This document shows positions 57,204 through 64,000 of a DNA stretch of 64,000 bases, piece by piece. Location: positions 1 through 64,000 of the IMG/VR virus record IMGVR_UViG_3300032053_004772, one strand, 5' to 3'. Each line of letters opens with the position of its first letter. Position 1 is the stretch's first letter. The position numbers and the translations under genes were made by a program. Origin of the DNA: a virus. The notes under the pieces are model-generated. The model saw only the letters and a list, made by a program, of their open reading frames with translations. It was not told the origin of the DNA and searched no databases.

Positions 57204-57724
57204 GCCGAGTGCTCAAGACGGAACCCGTACAGGTGATTCAGTGGTACTGTCCGCAGTGTGGTAACGTGGTTACCGCGAAGGACGAGAAATGTCCTCACTG
57301 TAACGTGGTGTTCGCTCCGATAGACAATCTGTCGGAAGAGGAGCAGCGTATTCAGGAGATCAAGGACAAGATCGAGGCCGGACTGAAGGATGGAGCGAAG
57401 ACTCCTTCTCCAGAAGCGGTTGTGGCAGAGGCTTCCGCTCCCGTGGAAGTACAGACTACTCGTGTGGCGGTACCCGCGAAACCTGCTGCGGAGAAGAAAG
57501 TACCGGGTGTGTACAAACCGCAGACTGGTACGCGTGTAGCTCTGACGTACGAGAAGCTGCAGGGTGAGGGAGCTGCGTTCGGAGACATCGTTAAGGAGAT
57601 GATGAGCAAGTTCTCTCTCGACGAAGCGAAAGCGACTCTTACCGTGAAAACTAACATCGACGAGCTAAAGAAGGCGCGTCAGCTTCCGATCGTGGAAGAG
57701 AACGGTAAATGGCGGATCAAGTAG
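57200..57724 (+). CDS. double zinc-ribbon protein with possible C-terminal wHTH
   Basis: CPQC...CPHC; GGAGG RBS. Confidence 0.6.
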   Translation: MSRVLKTEPVQVIQWYCPQCGNVVTAKDEKCPHCNVVFAPIDNLSEEEQRIQEIKDKIEAGLKDGAKTPSPEAVVAEASAPVEVQTTRVAVPAKPAAEKKVPGVYKPQTGTRVALTYEKLQGEGAAFGDIVKEMMSKFSLDEAKATLTVKTNIDELKKARQLPIVEENGKWRIK

Positions 57725-58152
57725 TTCGATTTAAACTGCTGAGTTCGACCGCGCACGCTCCTACTCGAGCTCACGCCGACGATGCCGGTTGGGATCTGTA
57801 CGCTTCTAGTAATGTCGAGATTGCGTCCTTCTCTTACGGTGAGATACCGTTTGATATCGCTATTGAGCTTCCAAAACCGTTTGATGGTTGGATCTGGGAA
57901 GCGCACATTCGACCGCGCTCTGGTACGCGACGTAAAGGTTTGTTCGCTACCTTCGGTACTATAGATCAAGGGTATCGAGGACCACTCAGTGCGATCGTGA
58001 TTAACATGAATCCGAATCCATTTCTCATTCAAGAAGGTGATCGGATTGCACAACTAGTCGTGGTCGCGATTCCGACGGTGTTCTTTGAGGCTGCCTTAGC
58101 TTTGAGTGAGTCTTTCCGAGGGGAGAGGGGATTCGGAAGTAGTGGCGTATGA
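57709..58152 (+). CDS. dut: dUTPase (trimeric)
   Basis: AGWDL, RPRSG, GTIDQGYRG, GDRIAQL, RGERGFGSSG. Confidence 0.92.
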   Translation: MADQVVRFKLLSSTAHAPTRAHADDAGWDLYASSNVEIASFSYGEIPFDIAIELPKPFDGWIWEAHIRPRSGTRRKGLFATFGTIDQGYRGPLSAIVINMNPNPFLIQEGDRIAQLVVVAIPTVFFEAALALSESFRGERGFGSSGV

Positions 58153-60596
58153 GAGTACTCAAGAGAGAGTGTAACTGCGCTTTGTGCGAGGATAGCGTTT
58201 CCAACTCAGGAGTGAGACGCTGTAAGATTGAGGGTACCGGACCGAAGAACGCGAAGGTGATGATTGTCGGTCAGTGTCCTGGTTCTGATGAAGTGGAACG
58301 AGGAGAGAACTTCGTTGGAAGAGCTGGCGAGTTGTTGAACGACATGCTACGAGAGGCTAATATACCTCGAGAAGAACTGTACTTTGCGAATGTAGTCAAG
58401 TGTCGACCGAGTGTGATCTCGGAAACTCGTCGAGTTGATCGAGATCCGAAACCGCAAGAGATTAACGCGTGTCTTCCGTTGTTGATAGATGAGATACGCA
58501 CAATTCGTCCTGCCGTGATTGTATCCGTGGGAAACATTCCGATGCGAGTTCTGACCGGAATCTCCGGAGTGATGACGTGGCAGACGTGTGTAATGTTTCA
58601 TCGACTGTTTCAGTGCTGGGTTGTACCGATGATTCATCCAAGTGCGTTATTGCGTTGGGGAGCGACTCAGGGATTAGACTTTGATCTATCCGTGATAGCT
58701 CTCTCTACAGCTTGGGAGTATCGGGATCGTCGAGTACGAATCACGCGCGTGACTAGACATTTTGTACAAGATGCGAGTGAGGCTGAGGAGATTGTTGTAC
58801 AGTGTGTGCAGCACGATGCCTTTGCTTTTGACTTTGAGACGTATCTGAACGGATCGCTTCGTGGATTGGGTCTATGTTGGCGTTTCTGTGAAGCATACTA
58901 TATTCCAGCGAAGTTTTTGACGAGCGCGCTGGTGAGTCGACTTGCAAGAGATGGGCGAGATTCTATGAAGATCGCTCACAACGTTGCGTTCGATCGAAGT
59001 GTTGCTCGATGGACGTGCGGTGTTGAACTGGGTCCGAAGGTCTTCGACACGATGATTGCTCATCATTTGTTAGAGGAGGAGATGCCGTACGGTCTCAAGG
59101 ATCTGGAGTGGTTGTATACTGATAAGGGTGGTCGTGCTGACTTGATCAAACCACATTACGGTAAGCCAACTTGGGACCGATTACCAGAGGATGTTGTTGG
59201 TGAGTACTGTTGCGACGATGTGGAGAGCACGTTTCGGCTCTATCATCGATTCAAGAAGGAGCTTGCTCGAGAGGGGCTTGAGTATCTGTTCGAGAACGTC
59301 TCGATGCCGACTACTCGCGTTGTAGAGGAGCTTGAACATAACGGAGTTCCGATCGATGAGAGCGCTATGACTGCAGTAACAGATCGATGTCTCGAGTTGG
59401 AGGAACTCTCTGTAACACGCGTACGAAAGATTGCCGGTGACTTCAACGTTAACTCTGGTCAGCAGTTAGGTGACATACTCTACGTGAAATTGAAACTTCC
59501 GGAACAGCATACCAAGACAAAGAGGTGGAAGACGGATGGAGAGACGTTAAAGAAGCTGAAACCTCTCGATCGTTCTGGTATTATCGACGAAATCTTGAAT
59601 ATCAAAAAGCAGAGAAAGATTCTGTCGACGTATATAAAAGGCACTCGAAAAAGGATGCGTAACGGACGAGCATACTACAGTTTCTTGCAACCTGGAACTG
59701 TAACGGGAAGACTCTCTAGCGCCTTTCATACCTTTCCGAGGAATGCGGCAATTCGTAGGATTATAGGAGCTTCTTCGGGGAGGAAACTGATCGATGCAGA
59801 CTTCGATCAGATTGAGTTGCGTATAGGAGCCTCTCTCTCGGGTGATCCTGAGATGATCAGAGTTTTCCGAGAGGGCGGAGATATCCACAACGAGGTGGCA
59901 TGTACTCTCTACGGACTGGAGCCTGGAAGTGAAGTAGACGTTGAGCAGCGAAATACTGCGAAGGGATTTGACTTCGGTGTTTTCTTCGGGCGAGGAGCTC
60001 AGTCGGTTGCTGATGAGATGGGAGTTTCGTTACAAAAAGCACAGGAATGGATTGATCGTTTTGCTCGTCGTTTTGCAGTGCTGTGGCAGTGGATTGATCA
60101 GCAGCATGTGTTTGTTAGGGAGCATTTATACGTGCGAAATCTCTACGGAAGAAGACGTCAGTTGAAGCATGCGATAAATCCAGATACGAATATGCAAGCG
60201 GAGGCTGAACGACAAGCCGTGAACGCTCCTATTCAGGGTGGCGCAAACGATATAGCGTGTATCGCGTGGGAACGAATTCGAGAACGAGCTCAACGTGAAA
60301 AGCTAGATGCGAAACTGTGCGGGATTGTACACGACGAGATCTTGGTAGAGACGGACGACGCGAGTGCAGAGTACGTAGCTCTGTTAATGAAAGAGGAGAT
60401 GGAAAAACCGTATCCGAGATTGTTAGTACCTATGACAGCGGACGTTCATATTGTGCAGAACTGGTACGAGCATAAGGCATCTAAGACTATTGTGGATCCT
60501 ACCGATGAGGAACTGCAGGATGACGAAGAGATAGATGGCGTTGATCGAGTTCTTGAATTGGTAGATTGGTCAGTTGAGCCTCCGGAGGTAATATGA
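58149..60596 (+). CDS. family A DNA polymerase with N-terminal family-4 uracil-DNA glycosylase-like domain and 3'-5' exonuclease
   Basis: CALC, GQCPG, FVGRAG, KCRP, HPS (UDG4); DFET, HN..FD, DTM, Y...D (exonuclease); TGRLSS, DFDQIELR, AK...FG, HDE (polymerase). Confidence 0.9.
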   Translation: MRVLKRECNCALCEDSVSNSGVRRCKIEGTGPKNAKVMIVGQCPGSDEVERGENFVGRAGELLNDMLREANIPREELYFANVVKCRPSVISETRRVDRDPKPQEINACLPLLIDEIRTIRPAVIVSVGNIPMRVLTGISGVMTWQTCVMFHRLFQCWVVPMIHPSALLRWGATQGLDFDLSVIALSTAWEYRDRRVRITRVTRHFVQDASEAEEIVVQCVQHDAFAFDFETYLNGSLRGLGLCWRFCEAYYIPAKFLTSALVSRLARDGRDSMKIAHNVAFDRSVARWTCGVELGPKVFDTMIAHHLLEEEMPYGLKDLEWLYTDKGGRADLIKPHYGKPTWDRLPEDVVGEYCCDDVESTFRLYHRFKKELAREGLEYLFENVSMPTTRVVEELEHNGVPIDESAMTAVTDRCLELEELSVTRVRKIAGDFNVNSGQQLGDILYVKLKLPEQHTKTKRWKTDGETLKKLKPLDRSGIIDEILNIKKQRKILSTYIKGTRKRMRNGRAYYSFLQPGTVTGRLSSAFHTFPRNAAIRRIIGASSGRKLIDADFDQIELRIGASLSGDPEMIRVFREGGDIHNEVACTLYGLEPGSEVDVEQRNTAKGFDFGVFFGRGAQSVADEMGVSLQKAQEWIDRFARRFAVLWQWIDQQHVFVREHLYVRNLYGRRRQLKHAINPDTNMQAEAERQAVNAPIQGGANDIACIAWERIRERAQREKLDAKLCGIVHDEILVETDDASAEYVALLMKEEMEKPYPRLLVPMTADVHIVQNWYEHKASKTIVDPTDEELQDDEEIDGVDRVLELVDWSVEPPEVI

Positions 60597-61225
60597 AGAA
60601 AGTGGTCTCATTCGACGGTCACGGAACTCTGTTCGAGGAAGCTCCTGATCACTATCGGAAGATTGCGCAGATGCTTAACACGGAGGAGAGTACTGTACGA
60701 GCAGCTTATTCGCGCATCGTTTCTCATCGTCTTCGAGGATATCCTGAGCTTGTTAGAGATGACATTATTCAGACGTTCTGGTTGAGCGTGTATCAAGAGA
60801 TAGCCGGTTTCGTGACAACATTTCGACAGACGAATCTCGGCAAAATGATTCTCGACTACGCGATGACTAAGGAAGCGTGGGTTCCGAAACTATTAGGAGT
60901 TCGTTTTCTGAAGTATGCGAGTAAGCTGGGTTTTCGCTGCATTCTGTGTTCCGAGTGGGATAGTTGGATCGCTGCTTTGCTAGAGCACTTCGGTTTGAAC
61001 AAGTTGTTCGATGAGATGTATATCACAGGTTTGCAGGGTCACGCAAAGTGGACTCCGATGTTTTGGAGTTATGTGCTGTCTGAGGAAGCTCTCTCTCATC
61101 CGTCGCGATTGTTGCACGTCGGAAATGATCCTCTTACAGATGAGAAGATTCCGAGAGGTTTAGGAATTGAGACATTCTCAATACGCGCCTCCTTTATGGA
61201 GTTTCGGGTTAAGTTGGAATCGTAA
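60593..61225 (+). CDS. HAD-superfamily hydrolase
   Basis: FDGHGTL, S.WD, K.P, HVGND..D. Confidence 0.7.
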   Translation: MKKVVSFDGHGTLFEEAPDHYRKIAQMLNTEESTVRAAYSRIVSHRLRGYPELVRDDIIQTFWLSVYQEIAGFVTTFRQTNLGKMILDYAMTKEAWVPKLLGVRFLKYASKLGFRCILCSEWDSWIAALLEHFGLNKLFDEMYITGLQGHAKWTPMFWSYVLSEEALSHPSRLLHVGNDPLTDEKIPRGLGIETFSIRASFMEFRVKLES

Positions 61226-61253
61226 TTGCTGGTATTATTAGTGTGAGGGGTAA

Positions 61254-61778
61254 ATGGCTGAAGAGTTAATGGCGTGGTTGCTGGAGAAGCATCACGAACT
61301 CGTTGAGAAGACACGAGTTGCTCACGGAGGTGAAGTCTCCTTCGCGGAACTTAATCAACGGATGGCCGAATACGGAGGAGATTATGCGTGGGCCATTTCC
61401 GAGGATGCTATTGCTCAAGCAGCATATCGTCGTCGGAAGCTCGCGTTCGATGAGTGGTATAATCGATTGTTCACGATCGCTAAGAACTTGCTTCCTGCAG
61501 GTAGCTCCGTGAAAGCGATCGAGGCTCAGATCGCCTCTGATAACAGAGTGGAGTGGCAGAAGTGGCAGGATGAACTGTTGCAACTGGAACTTCAACAGAA
61601 CGTTCGGGCACAGTTCTTGAAGGTGTGGAGCAGCTTGAAGGATATCTACGTCGAGTTGGCTCGAAATATGAGATCGGACTATCAGACTGCTGGAGGTCTA
61701 TCCGTCGGACAGACTGAGAGCGGAGCGGAGCGAATAGAGAGAATTAAACGTCTGAGAAGACTGAGCGGAAAGGAGTAA
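61254..61778 (+). CDS. helical protein, possible recombination mediator (UvsY-like)
   Basis: all-helical, directly upstream of SSB; positional inference only. Confidence 0.4.
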   Translation: MAEELMAWLLEKHHELVEKTRVAHGGEVSFAELNQRMAEYGGDYAWAISEDAIAQAAYRRRKLAFDEWYNRLFTIAKNLLPAGSSVKAIEAQIASDNRVEWQKWQDELLQLELQQNVRAQFLKVWSSLKDIYVELARNMRSDYQTAGGLSVGQTESGAERIERIKRLRRLSGKE

Positions 61779-62852
61779 TTGATGGATCTAGAGAAGATTC
61801 GTCAGATGCGTGCTAAGATAGAGGAGAGACAGTCCGAGGGTGGCAGCTTCTCCTCTGAGCACAAGTACGTGATCCAGAGCGCACCCGCTACGAACGTGAT
61901 GCGCGTCGTAGGCGATCCTGAAGTGTGCTTGCGGTCGTGGATCAAGGTCGGTGAAGCAAAACCGATGCCGTTCGTAATCGATCCGAACGGACCGCTATTC
62001 AAGCTGATCCGACACGTTCTGGATTACACGTTGAAGCAGGTCGACAACAAGTGGATTCGAGAGTACGTTCACGCACAGAAGCATCCCGAGATCTTTAAGA
62101 TGGTATTCGGAGGAGAGGGTCGAAACTCTTGGGAGCCAAGAGAGACGTACTTGCTAAACTGCATTCCGCGCGAACCTCAGAAGAACGAAGCAGGACAGAT
62201 GGTGCTGCTTGCGAAGGAGAAAAAGCACACTCTACTGCTTGCGCAATCGAACTCGGACGTCGGAGTCGGACCGATGGCATTTAACGAGTTCGGAAAAGTC
62301 GCGGAGAACTACGGAGATGCGGAAGGGTACGACGTAGTCTTCTCTCGTACAGGTACGACGTGGCAGAACACGAAGTACTCCTGCATGCAAGCGGTACGAA
62401 CGAATCCGACCTACGGAGTGAAGGTAGTCGAAGGACCTCTGACTGCAGAGGAGCTGGCGTACGAACGGTACGATCTGAAGACGCTCATAAAGCCGACGTC
62501 CTCTCTGGGTATCGTTTCCGCTCTCGGATCTACAATCGCGCAGATAGATGCTACTTTAGGTACTTCCTATCTAGCGGAACTACAGGTTCTCGCTGAGAAG
62601 GAACCGAAGGAAGCGGAGAAGACATCCGAGGGAGGTACTCCTTTGGGGAGACCGTTACCCGCTCAAACGAGTTCGGTTGCTGCACCTCAAACGGAACAGC
62701 CTCATCGCAGAAGTCTAGCACCGGAAGCGGATCCGATCGTTGCAACCTTTCCTGTCGGAGCTACATTAGCACCTTGCGATAAGTGCAAGAAGCCGTTCCC
62801 AGACAACTGGAATACATGTCCATACTGTCAAGCAAAATATGCTGTAAGCTAA
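61779..62852 (+). CDS. probable single-stranded DNA-binding protein (gp32-like) with C-terminal Zn ribbon
   Basis: GYDV...RTG....TKY pattern; CDKC...CPYC; replication context. Confidence 0.55.
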   Translation: MMDLEKIRQMRAKIEERQSEGGSFSSEHKYVIQSAPATNVMRVVGDPEVCLRSWIKVGEAKPMPFVIDPNGPLFKLIRHVLDYTLKQVDNKWIREYVHAQKHPEIFKMVFGGEGRNSWEPRETYLLNCIPREPQKNEAGQMVLLAKEKKHTLLLAQSNSDVGVGPMAFNEFGKVAENYGDAEGYDVVFSRTGTTWQNTKYSCMQAVRTNPTYGVKVVEGPLTAEELAYERYDLKTLIKPTSSLGIVSALGSTIAQIDATLGTSYLAELQVLAEKEPKEAEKTSEGGTPLGRPLPAQTSSVAAPQTEQPHRRSLAPEADPIVATFPVGATLAPCDKCKKPFPDNWNTCPYCQAKYAVS

Positions 62853-62856
62853 AATC

Positions 62857-63054
62857 GTGAAAACAAAGGAGCTTACGTTCGCGTACTCTTACACGGTTCA
62901 AATTCACAATAACGACTACGTGAAAGTGGCATTCGACAAACGAGTAGAGCTCGAGTCGAGTGACGACGAAGATGAAGCTCGAGAGTTGCTTGCTGCAGAT
63001 GTCATCGACTTTGTACATACAAAAATGACAGAGACACTGGAGAAGTTGAGGTGA
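62857..63054 (+). CDS. hypothetical protein
   Basis: stop overlaps next GTG. Confidence 0.5.
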   Translation: MKTKELTFAYSYTVQIHNNDYVKVAFDKRVELESSDDEDEARELLAADVIDFVHTKMTETLEKLR

Positions 63055-64000
63055 GACTAGGTATCACAGCAGACTGGCATCTCGGTAAAAATGTCGATGG
63101 TACTGCAAGTTTCGATCGTTCGGAAGAGGTGTTACAACAGATCGGTCATGCAGTCTCAGTCTTTCGAGAGAAGAAGGTAGATGCGATTGCAGTGTTAGGA
63201 GACGTTAGTCACTCCAATCATCCGTCGATTAGAACAAATGTACACATTCGTAACGCTCTTGAGATGCTGGACAAAACTGGTGTTCCTGTTCTAGTGATTC
63301 CAGGAAATCATGATAGCACTCACGAGGGAAATCACGCCTTACAACCGTTCATGCACGGTCACTGGCAGAATGTGGAGATTCATGACGATCTTTGTGTTTG
63401 GCAAAAGTTTGCGGTAGTTCCTCATCTTCCTCGCTCTCGATTTTTCGATCCTGAGCAATACGTAACCCTAGCTCATACTGTGTATGAGGATATGGCGAGG
63501 AACAGTGGTTGTCAAATTCTGTTGACGCACGCGCAAATCGCCGGTTGCACAGTCGGTCGAGATTACGTGATGGAGAGCGGCGCGATCGAGCTGCCTCAGT
63601 TAGATGCAGCCTACGTAAAACTGGTGTTGGCCGGGGATGTTCATAAGCGTCAATCGTATATGCTTGGAGAGGTCGCTGTTCTCTATCCAGGAAGTCTTAC
63701 ACAAACTGACTACGGAGAACGAGAAGAGATCAAGGGTGTCTGTATCGTTGATACAGAGAATAACTCCGTCGAGTCGATCGAGGTACCCGGATACGTTAAG
63801 TATCACGCGATTGTCGTATCGACTGAGCGAGAGCTTGACGATCTTCCCGCAGATACGTGGGACGGGATTGTGGATATAACTGTGAGAGATAAGACGCGTC
63901 TGACTCTTGTAGAGAACTCCGCGTACGGGAAGAATCCGAAGTCGATTCGAGGAATTCGTTCGATCGATGAGGTCGCGACCGTCGGAGGAGATAAGCATTA
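63051..64000 (+). CDS. SbcD/Mre11-like metallophosphoesterase nuclease (runs off window end)
   Basis: read manually: ADWHLG, GD..H, PGNHD, TH, GDVH, YPGS; absent from the track because no stop lies inside the window. Confidence 0.85.
   Translation, partial: MRLGITADWHLGKNVDGTASFDRSEEVLQQIGHAVSVFREKKVDAIAVLGDVSHSNHPSIRTNVHIRNALEMLDKTGVPVLVIPGNHDSTHEGNHALQPFMHGHWQNVEIHDDLCVWQKFAVVPHLPRSRFFDPEQYVTLAHTVYEDMARNSGCQILLTHAQIAGCTVGRDYVMESGAIELPQLDAAYVKLVLAGDVHKRQSYMLGEVAVLYPGSLTQTDYGEREEIKGVCIVDTENNSVESIEVPGYVKYHAIVVSTERELDDLPADTWDGIVDITVRDKTRLTLVENSAYGKNPKSIRGIRSIDEVATVGGDKH

Noticed and set aside
227-63998. Minus-strand ORFs in the track
   Set aside because: Almost all are shadows of well-supported + strand genes and lack motifs.
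1-64000. Stop-codon reassignment
   Set aside because: Genes are intact in the standard code and TAA, TAG and TGA are all used as coupled stops.

Overview
This window is a ~64 kb segment of a tailed dsDNA phage genome (siphovirus-like), with essentially all credible genes on the + strand. Gene order: small ORFs; portal; a ~7 kb accessory block (J-domain protein, queD-queE-folE, FkbM-type methyltransferase, TopoVI-A/Toprim protein, tRNA-Cys, M15 endolysin); minor capsid, scaffold and major capsid; a six-gene glycosylation cassette; neck and tail genes with a -1 frameshift chaperone, tape measure and a large tail-tip protein; holin and spanin-like genes; beta-helix and repeat-rich fibre genes; a PIG-L deacetylase/ATP-grasp/PHP cassette; an amidoligase/GATase block; and a replication module (initiator, loader, DnaB, primase, sigma-like factor, UDG-PolA fusion, SSB, SbcD running off the end). 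No terminase, integrase, reverse transcriptase or CRISPR array was seen. There are two best candidates for new biology. (1) A 7-deazaguanine DNA-modification pathway in which queC, a PLP enzyme, an ArcS/DUF5591-like protein, a nucleotide kinase and a TGT-fold (DpdA-like) protein are translationally linked, suggesting a possibly new preQ0-derived base. (2) An elaborate putative virion-glycosylation pathway with its own amino-sugar synthesis, a B12 radical SAM enzyme and deacetylase/ATP-grasp tailoring. All product calls come from motif recognition by eye; no database search was run.
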